Source: Silvanigrellaceae bacterium (GTDB taxonomy: Bacteria; Bdellovibrionota_B; Oligoflexia; Silvanigrellales; Silvanigrellaceae). Taken from it: DNA of 41,160 bases. This document shows positions 1 to 9,805 of the stretch, piece by piece. The stretch is from contig JBMSQQ010000022.1 of assembly GCA_049423385.1 (NCBI GenBank), positions 1-41,160 on the forward strand, read 5' to 3'. The notes beneath the pieces are model-generated. The model saw only the letters and a list, made by a program, of their open reading frames with translations. It made no database searches and was not told the DNA's origin. The stretch's first letter is position 1. Each line of letters begins with the position of its first letter. The position numbers and the translations under genes are program-made.

Positions 1-2
1 GC

Positions 3-353
3 CGAATTGAACGTTCGCAGGGTGAGCAACAAGAAAAAATCAACCAGGCGTTGGGTGACAAGGACGCACTGATTGCCCGGGCAGATGGTCAGGCTCGCGG
101 CATCGAAGCAGTCGCCCGCGCGCAGGCAAGCGCTATTGCAAGCGTAAGAGATGCGTTTGGTGATGCAAAAATCGCATCGCAATATTTGGTGGCCATGGAA
201 TATCTGAAACGCTTTGGCGAAATGACCAGCAAAAGCAACGACAAAGTTTTTATTCCATACGAAGCCTCCGGAGTGCTCAGTTCACTCGGAGGCATCTCGG
301 AAATGCTCAAGTCGGGGACGCACGGCGCTCATTCGTCGACATCGAAGTTGTGA
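3..353 (+). CDS. SPFH/band 7 (stomatin/QmcA-like) protein, C-terminal part (5'-truncated by window)
   Basis: Frame is open from base 3 (RIERSQGEQQEKINQALGDKDA...). The AEG-type coiled coil and 'YLVAMEYL..FGEM....NDKVFIPYEASGVLSSLGGI' tail are typical of the stomatin-like C-terminal region. Confidence 0.8.
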   Translation, partial: RIERSQGEQQEKINQALGDKDALIARADGQARGIEAVARAQASAIASVRDAFGDAKIASQYLVAMEYLKRFGEMTSKSNDKVFIPYEASGVLSSLGGISEMLKSGTHGAHSSTSKL

Positions 354-1042
354 TACACCGCCTGGACGTCGTCTTGCTCCTCGAGCTTTTCAAGCAGCTC
401 GAGGGCGTTCTTGGCATTGTCACCAGACAGTGAAACCCGAGTGTCGGGAATCATTTCCAAACCCGCTTTGTCGAACTGAAGTCCGCCTGCCACAAGCGCA
501 TCACGCACTGAGGCAAAGCTGGTGGGTTCCGTGTAGACAGTCGCAAAACCATCTTCAACGACCACATCGTCGGCGCCAGCTTCGAGCGCCAACTCCATCA
601 CCTTGTCTTCCGTGACGGCACCCAAAGCGATATCAAACACGCCCTTCTTTTTGAACATCCACGCAACCGAGCCCATTTCGCCCATGTTGCCGTTGTTTTT
701 GGTGAAGATCTTGCGCAATTCCGGGTTGGTGCGGTTGCGGTTGTCGGTGAGAACTTCAACAAGAATTGCCGAACCACCCGGGCCGTAACCTTCATAGGTG
801 ATTTCCTCGAAGGTCATGCCTTCCAGTTCTCCTGCGCCTTTCTTGATGGCCCGCTCAATGACATCCTTGGGCATGTTGTTGTCGCGTGCCCTGTCGACCG
901 CCAGTCGCAATTTGGAGTTGAAGTTTGGGTCGCTTCCAGTGCGTGCTGCCACCATGATTTCGCGTGCCAGTTTTGTGAAAACCCTTCCACGTGCAGCGGC
1001 ACTCGCAGCCATTCGACCAGCAACAGTAGCGTGACGACCCAT
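329..1042 (-). CDS. yebC: YebC/PmpR family protein
   Basis: Motifs DPNFNSKLRLAV, NMPKDVIERAIKK, YEGYGPGG, LTDNRNRT and DDVQAVYHN; 237 aa. Its 3' end overlaps the SPFH gene convergently by 25 bp. Confidence 0.95.
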   Translation of the reverse strand: MGRHATVAGRMAASAAARGRVFTKLAREIMVAARTGSDPNFNSKLRLAVDRARDNNMPKDVIERAIKKGAGELEGMTFEEITYEGYGPGGSAILVEVLTDNRNRTNPELRKIFTKNNGNMGEMGSVAWMFKKKGVFDIALGAVTEDKVMELALEAGADDVVVEDGFATVYTEPTSFASVRDALVAGGLQFDKAGLEMIPDTRVSLSGDNAKNALELLEKLEEQDDVQAVYHNFDVDE

Positions 1043-1290
1043 GGGACATCCTTCCTTTGATACTATTTAACGCAGAAACTGAAATGACCTTTTTAACCCC
1101 GAAAACAACCAACATCCGAACTGCAACTTCAAGGAGCATTCATGACTCTCTGTCTTGTTTCGAGAACAACATAGTTACAGGGATGACAAACAGATGCCAA
1201 GAGCTCGACTTTGCCCCTGGGGGATCTTTCGATAATCTTTTCCGGTCACTCCTCGCAGGGAGATTTTTTCGTAATAATCCGGAGGACTTC

Positions 1291-2619
1291 ATGGGACAAA
1301 GAAGGCAAAAGCAAGCACAGGAAAATTCAGGTCAGCCGCGGGTGGCCGTGGTCGGTGCCGTGCGCACCCCGTTTGTCCGCTCCTTTGGGGTGTTTGAACG
1401 AGAGACACCTCTCAGTTTGAGCTTGCGTCCGGCGACAGAGGTGATTGCCCGCACAGGCGCAAATGCTTCCGATATCGACGAAGTGATTTGGGGGGCGGTT
1501 GTTCCACAAACCAAGAACCCCAACATTGCCCGCGACATTGCCCTGTTTGCCGGCCTGCCGAAGTCGATTCCCGGTTACACCATCAACCGCGCGTGCGCGA
1601 GTTCGTTGCAGTCGGTGCAGCTGGCCGCCGATGCGATTCTTGCTGGCCGCAACCGGATGGTGCTTGCAGGCGGAGTTGAGGTTTTGTCTGACGTGCCAAT
1701 CACGTTTTCAGATGAGGCAAGGCGATTTCTGACCCGACTTTCGCGAACAAAAACCATCAAAGAAAAACTTTTGATGATGTCGGAATTCAATCCCAAAGCC
1801 TTTTTGCCAAAGCCACCCGCACTGGCCGAGCCCTACACCGGATTCACCATGGGCGAACACGGCGAACAAATGGCTGTGAAGAACGACATCTCGCGCGAAC
1901 GGCAAGATGAGTTGGCGATGGTGAGTCATCATCGTGCAGCCGCCGCCATCGAGAAGGGCTATCTGAAAGACGAAATTGTACCTGTGTGGTCGGGCGTCAA
2001 CAAAGAACATTTCGTGGACGCAGACAACCTGGTGCGCGGTGACACTTCGCTGGAAGCACTGTCAAAGCTCAAGCCGGCATTCGACAAGCGCAACGGTACG
2101 CTCACCGCGGGCAACTCGAGCGCGCTCACCGACGGCGCCTCGGCAGTGCTGCTGGCAAATTCCAACTACGCCATTGAACATGGGCTGCCGGTGCTCGGAT
2201 ATGTTGTTGATTCCGTCACGGTCGCGGTTGATCCAAAAGATCAACTCTTGATTGGACCAGCCTACGCCATTCCAAGACTGCTTATGAAACACAACCTGAA
2301 ATTGTCCGACATCGGGGTTTTCGAAATTCACGAAGCCTTTGCCGCCCAGGTTCTGAGTTGTCTGGATTCAATGTCGAACACACGCTTCTGTCAGGAAAAA
2401 CTTTCTCTCGAAGGCGCATTTGGCGTGATCGAGTCATCGAAGATGAACATTGATGGCGGAAGCATCGCGTATGGACATCCCTTTGGCGCAACTGGAGGAC
2501 GCCTGGTCGGACGCGCACTGCGAATCGCCCAGCGTACAGGTTCCCGATATGCGCTGGTTGCCATCTGCGCCGCAGGTGGAATGGGACAAGCCATGCTTTT
2601 GGAAACGCAGCAAAACTGA
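1291..2619 (+). CDS. fadI: Acetyl-CoA C-acyltransferase (3-ketoacyl-CoA thiolase), FadI type
   Basis: Thiolase motifs RTPF, NRACASS (catalytic Cys), HEAFA, GHPFGATG and CAAGG. GGAGG RBS precedes ATG 1291, so the ORF-track extension to 1057 is unlikely. Adjacent to fadJ. Confidence 0.92.
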   Translation: MGQRRQKQAQENSGQPRVAVVGAVRTPFVRSFGVFERETPLSLSLRPATEVIARTGANASDIDEVIWGAVVPQTKNPNIARDIALFAGLPKSIPGYTINRACASSLQSVQLAADAILAGRNRMVLAGGVEVLSDVPITFSDEARRFLTRLSRTKTIKEKLLMMSEFNPKAFLPKPPALAEPYTGFTMGEHGEQMAVKNDISRERQDELAMVSHHRAAAAIEKGYLKDEIVPVWSGVNKEHFVDADNLVRGDTSLEALSKLKPAFDKRNGTLTAGNSSALTDGASAVLLANSNYAIEHGLPVLGYVVDSVTVAVDPKDQLLIGPAYAIPRLLMKHNLKLSDIGVFEIHEAFAAQVLSCLDSMSNTRFCQEKLSLEGAFGVIESSKMNIDGGSIAYGHPFGATGGRLVGRALRIAQRTGSRYALVAICAAGGMGQAMLLETQQN

Positions 2620-2623
2620 AGGG

Positions 2624-4822
2624 ATGAATGAAATGAACAACACGATTCAATCGACCACCAAGACTCTTCGGGTTTCCTGGCAAGACAACGTTTGCATCAT
2701 CGACTTTCACGATGAATCAAAATCATTGAACGCATTTTCACGCGATATTCTTGCAGACCTTGATCAGGTTGTGGCTCGCGCATTGGCAACCCCGAACATC
2801 GCAGGACTCGTCATCACTTCTTCCAAGCCAGGTTGCTTTGCTGCGGGTGTCGACATCAGCATTTTCGACACCCTCACAACGCAATCCGCTGGAGAAGAGG
2901 CTTCTGCAGCCCTGCATGCCGTTTTCCAAAAATTTGCCGACGCACCGGTGACCACCGTCGCTGCCATCAATGGAGTCTGCCTGGGCGGTGGCCTGGAGCT
3001 GGCACTCGCTTGTCACGTGCGGATTTGCTCATCGCATTCTTCGACTCAACTGGGGCTTCCCGAAATCCAGCTTGGCTTGCTGCCAGGCGGAGGAGGAACT
3101 CAAAGACTTCCACGCGTTATTGGAGTCGCACCCGCACTCGACTTGATTTTGACCGGAAAGAAAATTGACTCCAGAAAGGCTCTCAAACTTGGTCTCGTGA
3201 GTGAAGTTGTTCCGGAAAACCAGTTGCTGCGCAAGGCTGTCGAAGCGTGCAAACGAATTGCCCACGTTTCGCCGGACAAAAAATCGTCATCACTGGGATT
3301 CTTTGGCCAATTCAAGAGCGCGGATGACGTTCAAAAACTGGCTCTCGAAAAAAATCCAATCGGTCGAACCATCATCGAGCGCAAAACACTCGAACAGATT
3401 GAGAAGAACACCAAGGGATTCTATCCCGCTCCCAAAAAGGCGCTGGAGTCCTTGATGAAGGGACTTTCACGCCCACTCTCGGAAGGACTCAAAATCGAAG
3501 CCAAACTTTTCGGAGATTTGGTGGTCACTCCGGAAAGCAGATCGCTCGTGCATATTTTCCGAATTATCACAGCAGCAAAGAAGAACCCTTTCAGCGCAGA
3601 TGCCCAGAAGGCTGCAAATGAAACAGTCTTGAAGCCATTGCTGTCGGGTGACACACTGGTTGGCATGATTGGTGCGGGACTCATGGGAAGCGGAATTGCA
3701 ACAGTGCTTTCGGAAAAAAACATCCGTTGCGCATTGCTCGATCGGGATGGCGCCGGGATACAGCGTGGCCTGAAATCGGTTCAGGGTTATTTTGATGAGC
3801 GCATGAAAAAGCGACGAATTAAAAAATTCGATCGCGATGCCGCAATGGGTCGGGTGTTGCCTACAACGTCGCTTTCCAGCTTGTCGGGATCTCCCATCGT
3901 GATTGAGGCGGTATTTGAAGACCTCGCGGTCAAGCACGACATGTTGAAGCAATGTGAAGCGGCGCTGTTGAATGAAGACTTCATTTTTGCTTCGAACACC
4001 TCGAGCCTGCCGATTTCCCGCATCGCGGCTGCGGCGAAAAAGCCTGAAAATGTTGTCGGAATGCACTTCTTCTCGCCCGTACCGAAAATGCCTCTGGTGG
4101 AAATAATCACCACCTCTTCCACATCCCAAAGAGCTGGCAGTGCTGCATTCGACATCGCGGCGAAGATGGGCAAGAACATCATTGTCGTGAAAGATGGCCC
4201 AGGCTTTTATACAACCCGCATTCTGGCCTTCCTGATTGCTGAGGCGCTCAATATTCTCTCGGAAGGCGCCAGTATCGAATCGATCGACTCGGCTCTGGAA
4301 CGCTTCGGCATGCCGGTGGGACCCATCACGCTTCTGGATGAGGTTGGTATTGATGTCGGTGCACACATTATCACAGTGCTGAAGGAGGCCTTCGCAGATA
4401 GGCTTCAAATCCCTGCAGAACTCGAGTCGATCATCGCCGAGGATCGCAAGGGAAGAAAGAACGGTCGCGGATTCTACACATACGTTGACGGCAAAAAAGA
4501 CAAGCCCGACAGCTCCATCTACAAACACTTGAAACACGGTGATGATCGCAAACAGCTCGACATGAAGGTCATCGCCGATCGTTGCATGTATGTCTTCATG
4601 AACGAGGCTGCCCGCTGTCTTGACGAGGGAATCATCGACTCCACGGACACTGGCGACCTGGGAGCAATTTTTGGACTTGGGTTTCCACCTTTCCTTGGCG
4701 GCCCGTTCCATCATGCCCAGCAGATCGGTTACGCTCGTGTTGCCCAAACTTTGACAGAAATGTCGGCTGTTTATGGATCGCGATTCACACCTGCGGCACA
4801 CTGGGCAAAGCCAGCACGGTGA
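2624..4822 (+). CDS. fadJ: Fatty acid oxidation complex subunit alpha (enoyl-CoA hydratase / 3-hydroxyacyl-CoA dehydrogenase)
   Basis: Crotonase motifs CLGGGLELALAC and LPEIQLGLLPGGGGTQRLPR; dehydrogenase motifs GAGLMG, ASNTSSLPI, GMHFFSPV and GLGFPPFLGGPF. Start at ATG 2624 or 2633. Confidence 0.93.
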   Translation: MNEMNNTIQSTTKTLRVSWQDNVCIIDFHDESKSLNAFSRDILADLDQVVARALATPNIAGLVITSSKPGCFAAGVDISIFDTLTTQSAGEEASAALHAVFQKFADAPVTTVAAINGVCLGGGLELALACHVRICSSHSSTQLGLPEIQLGLLPGGGGTQRLPRVIGVAPALDLILTGKKIDSRKALKLGLVSEVVPENQLLRKAVEACKRIAHVSPDKKSSSLGFFGQFKSADDVQKLALEKNPIGRTIIERKTLEQIEKNTKGFYPAPKKALESLMKGLSRPLSEGLKIEAKLFGDLVVTPESRSLVHIFRIITAAKKNPFSADAQKAANETVLKPLLSGDTLVGMIGAGLMGSGIATVLSEKNIRCALLDRDGAGIQRGLKSVQGYFDERMKKRRIKKFDRDAAMGRVLPTTSLSSLSGSPIVIEAVFEDLAVKHDMLKQCEAALLNEDFIFASNTSSLPISRIAAAAKKPENVVGMHFFSPVPKMPLVEIITTSSTSQRAGSAAFDIAAKMGKNIIVVKDGPGFYTTRILAFLIAEALNILSEGASIESIDSALERFGMPVGPITLLDEVGIDVGAHIITVLKEAFADRLQIPAELESIIAEDRKGRKNGRGFYTYVDGKKDKPDSSIYKHLKHGDDRKQLDMKVIADRCMYVFMNEAARCLDEGIIDSTDTGDLGAIFGLGFPPFLGGPFHHAQQIGYARVAQTLTEMSAVYGSRFTPAAHWAKPAR

Positions 4823-4956
4823 GGACGGTTTTGACGCCTTCGGGTTGGAGCAATTTGAAGACACTCATTTGCTCCCGATACACCATGCAGGGTGCGTGAC
4901 TGCGCGAACCAGAACAAGGGGTCAACGAGTTGAACGGCGTGCGCAAATCATCATTC

Positions 4957-5943
4957 ATGGCCAACTCCATTGCCATTGCGTCGTTGACGTTGGCATGCTC
5001 GTTGCCGGCTTGTGAGTCGGCACCGCCGCAAGTCAAAACGGCAATTCCAATCTCGTGGGGCGAATCCAGTGCTCTTCAGTTGTCTCCCGAGACGGAATCA
5101 GCATCCATCCCCTGGCGTAAAATTGTTGTGCTCTCGCGCGGCGTGTTGACGATAGGTCTGCAAGCCAACGCACCTGGTGGCAAGGTCAACCTCAACGTGC
5201 GCAATGAAAGCGGGCGCAGAAGCATTTTTCAAAAGGAAATCGACCTTGCCCCAAACTCTCCCGTGAACGTGACCCTCAACGTCGAAGCAGGAACCTATTT
5301 CATGGTTCTGGAACCACTGCAGGGACAACTGCTGAATGCAGCGATTGCTGCGCGCTTTCAGCCCGAGGATCCCGATGCGTTGTCGGGACCCGACAAAGGA
5401 CGTGATGGGGCGCAGACGCTCATGGCTGGACAACCCAAAGAGGGAGCTGTGAGCTACCGTGACAGCAACCGAACCGACTGGTTCAAATACGAGGTTGCCA
5501 ATTCCGAAACCCTGCAATTCAAATTTCAAGCACTCGATCAGGCCAGGGGTGTGAAGGCAGAGTGCATCACGCCTACCGGACTCACCTTCGAACTCACAGG
5601 CCAGGACAAGCTCGTGGTGCGCGAGCCCGGGAGCATCTGGATTCGTGTTTACGCAGAGCAGGCAGATTCGGGGGGTGGTTATCGTCTGACAACCCTGAGC
5701 TCTCCTTTCATGGGAACCGAGCGCAAAGGCATCATCCTCAAGTACAACGCAACTTCGGCAACGATCAACATGGGAACCGACGATGGAGTCAGGGAAGGTC
5801 TCAAGGGCTACATTCAAAGACCCGATGGCTCGCTGCTGGACTTTGTTGTTGAAAAGGCCCTGCGCCGTTCGTCCACGGCAAAATCCAGATCAGCGTTCAA
5901 GGATGTTGATCTGAATCTGATGGTTCACTTCGAGAAAAACTGA
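4957..5943 (+). CDS. Putative lipoprotein with two pre-peptidase C-terminal (PPC)-like beta domains and a small C-terminal beta domain
   Basis: Signal peptide ending LPAC. 'GAVSYRDSNRTDWFKY', 'EAGTYFMVL' and 'GGYRLT' resemble PPC domains; 'ATINMGTDDGVREG' resembles FlgT-C-like domains. Start at ATG 4957 or TTG 4930. Confidence 0.6.
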   Translation: MANSIAIASLTLACSLPACESAPPQVKTAIPISWGESSALQLSPETESASIPWRKIVVLSRGVLTIGLQANAPGGKVNLNVRNESGRRSIFQKEIDLAPNSPVNVTLNVEAGTYFMVLEPLQGQLLNAAIAARFQPEDPDALSGPDKGRDGAQTLMAGQPKEGAVSYRDSNRTDWFKYEVANSETLQFKFQALDQARGVKAECITPTGLTFELTGQDKLVVREPGSIWIRVYAEQADSGGGYRLTTLSSPFMGTERKGIILKYNATSATINMGTDDGVREGLKGYIQRPDGSLLDFVVEKALRRSSTAKSRSAFKDVDLNLMVHFEKN

Positions 5944-5956
5944 GCCAGCCGGTTCC

Positions 5957-6910
5957 TCAGTCGATGATCCACGGCAACAGGCCGTCATTCAAATCCAAAC
6001 GCCGATCTTCGGCAAAATCTGAATTTGCTTTCGGCATTGGTTCCGGTGCTTTGTCGAGGTATGCCGGCTTGAACCAACACAAGGGGCGCACGCCTGTGTC
6101 GAATGAGTCCGAGACGAAACATGAACTCGAGCGGGCTTCGTTTTCGGAAGAAATCGTATTTTGACCCAGCGGATTGCCACGGCCGGGAATGTTGTTGAAG
6201 TTGAATTCGCGAGTGCAACGCAAACCCATCAACATCGAATCGACCCGACACTGTGCCATGGGATGCGACACGATCAATTCCTTTGCAACACTGGCGTCGC
6301 GCCGTTTGATGGAAGGCATGCCACCCTTCGAGGTTTTACCTTCGAGTTCGGCATTGATGTCCACAGCCCGGTAAATCCGTTTGCAGAGATTGACTTCATT
6401 GCCTTCAGTGAAAAGCACTTCACAGCCCGAATCAGTCACATTTTGAAAGGTTGAGTTGATCTCGATTTGATCTCGCCACAGCTTTTTCGCGCAAGCTTGG
6501 GTTGCCCAATAATCGGCTTGTCCTTCGGTGGCTGCCCATTCATCCACGCTGTGCGAATAGAAGGGATATCCACCGATGTGATGACCCATCTCGTGACAAA
6601 GAATCAGGGTATAGGTGTCATCTGTTGCCGATGGGAATTTGGGAATTCCACCCCAGACTTTGATGAACCATTTTTTGTGATCATAGGAGCGGGTCGCCAT
6701 CGCACCCGCACTGGTGGCTGTGAAATCAAGCTCGGTAAACAACCTGGCTCCGTGCGATGCAACGATCGGTTCAAAGAATTTGTGAAACTGCTGGAGCAAG
6801 GAACTCGCCTGTTGTTCGCTGATGGCCGCAACAGCAGACGGTTTGCGGACTGCGGGGAGCAGCTCAACAAAAATCATGAAAAAAACCAATGCTGTGATTC
6901 TGGAATTCAA
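5957..6910 (-). CDS. Secreted zinc metalloprotease-like protein (HEXXH, M48-like)
   Basis: Hydrophobic N-terminus; LILCHEMGHH followed by EGQADY (third-ligand Glu pattern) and HP..QCR; several Cys. AAGGAG RBS before TTG 6910. Confidence 0.7.
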   Translation of the reverse strand: MNSRITALVFFMIFVELLPAVRKPSAVAAISEQQASSLLQQFHKFFEPIVASHGARLFTELDFTATSAGAMATRSYDHKKWFIKVWGGIPKFPSATDDTYTLILCHEMGHHIGGYPFYSHSVDEWAATEGQADYWATQACAKKLWRDQIEINSTFQNVTDSGCEVLFTEGNEVNLCKRIYRAVDINAELEGKTSKGGMPSIKRRDASVAKELIVSHPMAQCRVDSMLMGLRCTREFNFNNIPGRGNPLGQNTISSENEARSSSCFVSDSFDTGVRPLCWFKPAYLDKAPEPMPKANSDFAEDRRLDLNDGLLPWIID

Positions 6911-6974
6911 TGCGACTCCTTGATTGACAGGTTAGAGTCCGAGTCACCTCACAGCATTGGAAAATTTGTGAAAG

Positions 6975-7649
6975 TCAGTCGACCTTCACGGATTCAATCA
7001 CGACAGGCTTCACGGGCACGTCACTGTGCATGCCGAAATTGGAAGTCTTTGTGGTTGCGATGTCGTCGACAACATTCATACCCTCGGTGACTTTTCCGAA
7101 AACGGTGTAACCACCGTTGTTGGGGAAATCGAGATAAGGATTGTCCACGAGGTTGATGAAGAACTGTGAAGTTGCCGAGTTCACATCTTTCGTGCGTGCC
7201 ATTGCGATGGTGCCGCGCACATTCTTGAGACCATTGGACGCCTCGGTCTTGATGGGAGCTTTGGTTGCCTTCTGGGTCATCTTTTCATCAAAACCGCCAC
7301 CCTGGATCATGAATTGATTGATCACGCGGTGGAAGATGGTTTTGTCGTAGTGACCCGACTTCACATAGCCAACAAAATTCTCAACAGAACCGGGTGCCTT
7401 TTCTTTGTCGAGTTCGATTTTGATGGTTCCCTTGTTTGTGACCATGGTCACCATGACTGCATTCGGATTCATCTTCTTCACCTCTTTGGCTGTTGATTTG
7501 TCTTTTTTGGCTTCTTTTTTTGCCTGCGACTTGTTGCCCGCTGCCTCGGTCTTGGTTGCTGACTTCTGCTCGGATGCCGAAGCGCTCGAGACGAAAAGAA
7601 CCGCAATTCCCACAGCAATAGATTTGGTCATGTTGCAAAACGAAATCAT
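6975..7649 (-). CDS. ppiA: Periplasmic cyclophilin-type peptidyl-prolyl cis-trans isomerase
   Basis: [32 protein letters not shown] and YTVFGKV; signal peptide plus Lys-rich linker. AAGGAGG RBS before ATG 7649. Confidence 0.92.
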   Translation of the reverse strand: MISFCNMTKSIAVGIAVLFVSSASASEQKSATKTEAAGNKSQAKKEAKKDKSTAKEVKKMNPNAVMVTMVTNKGTIKIELDKEKAPGSVENFVGYVKSGHYDKTIFHRVINQFMIQGGGFDEKMTQKATKAPIKTEASNGLKNVRGTIAMARTKDVNSATSQFFINLVDNPYLDFPNNGGYTVFGKVTEGMNVVDDIATTKTSNFGMHSDVPVKPVVIESVKVD

Positions 7650-7683
7650 GAAATCCTCCTTGGTTTTCATTCATTGGAAACAT

Positions 7684-9630
7684 TCAATGTTGATTGACGT
7701 CGATTCCCCAAAACACTCCCGATTCTTCCTTCACCAACGACACGAATGCTTGCGGCGACATCGCCTCTCGGTTCTTTCCGTCACGGTAACGTGGAGTGAT
7801 GGTTCTGTGCTCAACTTCCTTGTCACCAATCACAAGCATGTATGGAATTTTTCCAACCTGTGCCTCGCGCACTTTGGCCGAGAGTGTGTCGTTGCTGAAG
7901 TCGCAATCCACACGCACGCCAGCTGCAAAGAGTTGTTGGCGCACCTGTTCGCCCCACTCGACGCAAGATTCCTTGACGGTCACAATTCGTGCCTGAACGG
8001 GTGCCAGGCCAATCGGGAAGTGACCTGCCGTGTGCTCGATGAACACACCCATAAAACGCTCGACTGAGCCCAATACGGCGCGATGGATCATCACCGGAAC
8101 TTCAGGCTTGTTGCCCGCAGAAACATAGGACGCACCCAGGCGACCCGCTGTCTGGAAGTCGAGCTGGATGGTTGCACATTGATGAAAGCGACCAATGGCA
8201 TCCTTCACCTTGATGTCGATCTTGGGTCCATAGAATGCGCCATCGCCTGGGTTGAGGATGTAATCGATGCCTTCGCTCTTGAGCGCTTCAACCAACGCGT
8301 TCTCCGCCGTGTCCCAGAGCTCCTCGGCACCCACACGCTTTTCAGGACGGGTCGAGAGGTAGAATTTGACTTCGTCAAATGTCAGATCTCGATAAGCTTC
8401 TTGCACGAATCTCAACGCGAGCTTCATCTCATTCTGGATTTGCTCGGGCGTGCAGAAAATATGGCCGTCGTCCTGCGTGATGCGGCGAACGCGCGTCAGA
8501 CCATGCACGGTTCCGCTCAACTCGTTGCGGTGCACCACTCCAAATTCAGAATAGCGCAAAGGCAGTTCGCGATAGCTGCGCAAACCCGATTGAAAGACTT
8601 TGACGTGCGCCGGGCAGCTCATGGGTTTGATCGCGTATTGCTGCTCATCAACTTGCGTAAAGAACATGTTCTCGCGGTAGTTGTCATAGTGGCCACTCAT
8701 TTTCCACAAGTCCACATTCATCACTTGCGGAGTGTGGATTTCGCGGAATCCGAACTCAGCCTGCTTGCGGCGGATGTAGTTCTGCAAAAGCACAAACAGC
8801 TTTGCGCCGTTCGGCAAAAAGAATGGAGCGCCCACGGCGGATTCTGGAATCAAAGTGAAAAGCTCGAGCTGTTTGCCCAACAAAACATGGTCGCGTTTTT
8901 TGGCTTCCTCGAGCATGTGCAGATAGGCGTCGAGGTCTTTTTTGTTTGCCCAGGCCGTTCCATAAATGCGCGTGAGTTGGTCGTTGTCTTTGTTGGCACG
9001 CCAATATGCACCAGCAATGCTCATCAATTTGAAAGCACCCAACTTGCCCGTGCTCGGAACGTGAGGTCCACGGCACAGGTCGCCCCAACCACCCATTTCG
9101 TAAATCTTGATGGCTTGATCGGCAGGAATGTCCTGAACGATTTCTGCCTTGAATTTTTCACCAATGCCAAGGAAATGCTTCGTTGCTTCATCACGCGAAA
9201 CAACCTTGGGTTGCACCTTGAAGTCCTTGGCAACGATTTCCTGCATCTTCTTTTCGATGGCTTCAAAATCGTTTGAACTGATCTTCACACCCTCGGGAGG
9301 CTTCACGTCATAATAGAATTGGTTTTCGACAACCGGGCCGATGGTGATCTGTGTTCCCGGAAAGACATCCTGGATGGCCATGGCCATCAGGTGAGCCGTG
9401 GAGTGGCGAATCACTTCCAGTCCATCGGCTGAAGTCCCGACAACGATCTCGATTTTCTCACCACCGCGCAGTTCTGTGCTCAGGTCGGTGATTTGTCCGT
9501 TGATCTTTCCTGCCACAGCATTGCGGGCAAGACCCGGCCCAATGTTGGCAGCCACGTCGGCAAGCGTACAGGGCGAGGGAAGAGTACGGGTCGACCCATC
9601 GGGCAAAGAAACACTGACTTGTGAGCTCAA
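7684..9630 (-). CDS. thrS: Threonine--tRNA ligase
   Basis: TGS domain, RHSTAH, DLCRGPH, AGAYWR, KPMSCP, QDDGHIF, GAFYGPKID, MIHRA and anticodon-binding domain. GGAGG RBS precedes TTG. Confidence 0.98.
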   Translation of the reverse strand: MSSQVSVSLPDGSTRTLPSPCTLADVAANIGPGLARNAVAGKINGQITDLSTELRGGEKIEIVVGTSADGLEVIRHSTAHLMAMAIQDVFPGTQITIGPVVENQFYYDVKPPEGVKISSNDFEAIEKKMQEIVAKDFKVQPKVVSRDEATKHFLGIGEKFKAEIVQDIPADQAIKIYEMGGWGDLCRGPHVPSTGKLGAFKLMSIAGAYWRANKDNDQLTRIYGTAWANKKDLDAYLHMLEEAKKRDHVLLGKQLELFTLIPESAVGAPFFLPNGAKLFVLLQNYIRRKQAEFGFREIHTPQVMNVDLWKMSGHYDNYRENMFFTQVDEQQYAIKPMSCPAHVKVFQSGLRSYRELPLRYSEFGVVHRNELSGTVHGLTRVRRITQDDGHIFCTPEQIQNEMKLALRFVQEAYRDLTFDEVKFYLSTRPEKRVGAEELWDTAENALVEALKSEGIDYILNPGDGAFYGPKIDIKVKDAIGRFHQCATIQLDFQTAGRLGASYVSAGNKPEVPVMIHRAVLGSVERFMGVFIEHTAGHFPIGLAPVQARIVTVKESCVEWGEQVRQQLFAAGVRVDCDFSNDTLSAKVREAQVGKIPYMLVIGDKEVEHRTITPRYRDGKNREAMSPQAFVSLVKEESGVFWGIDVNQH

Positions 9631-9698
9631 AGGACAAACCTCCGGACGAACAAAAGCACAAATGGAGACAGAAATGTTTATGACAGGCTCGTTTTATG

Positions 9699-9724
9699 CG
9701 CAACCGAATCACCGGTCGGTTGCG
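9699..9724 (-). promoter_or_regulatory. Hairpin in thrS upstream region, candidate anticodon-mimic operator
   Basis: Perfect 9-bp stem CGCAACCGA/UCGGUUGCG with loop CCGGUGAU, 69 nt upstream of the thrS start; no U-tract follows. The function is inferred. Confidence 0.35.
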
Positions 9725-9781
9725 TCAGGCAGGGGAACAAGTAAACATTCTGCATCAAAACTAAGCATCCTATTTATGCAG

Positions 9782-9804
9782 CGAGATTCGTCGCCAGAAT
9801 CTCG
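9782..9804 (-). terminator. Hairpin just after the stop of the 9806-10789 gene (possible terminator or stabiliser)
   Basis: Perfect 8-bp inverted repeat CGAGATTC-N7-GAATCTCG; it lacks a U-tract. Confidence 0.35.
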
Positions 9805-9805
9805 A

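Noticed and set aside
1131..1174. AAGGAG plus 10-codon uORF (MTLCLVSRTT) upstream of fadI
   Set aside because: No attenuator structure is visible, and a possible sigma70 promoter (TTGCCC-N16-TAATCT, ~1211-1238) lies downstream of it. Probably chance.
1057..1290. N-terminal extension of FadI in the ORF track (similarly FadJ from 2450, FabD from 15911, Hsp20 from 17787)
   Set aside because: Downstream starts have better RBSs or match where family homology begins.
3467..4864. 465-aa minus-strand ORF
   Set aside because: Antisense to fadJ with no recognisable motifs.
8083..9276. 397-aa plus-strand ORF
   Set aside because: Antisense shadow of thrS.
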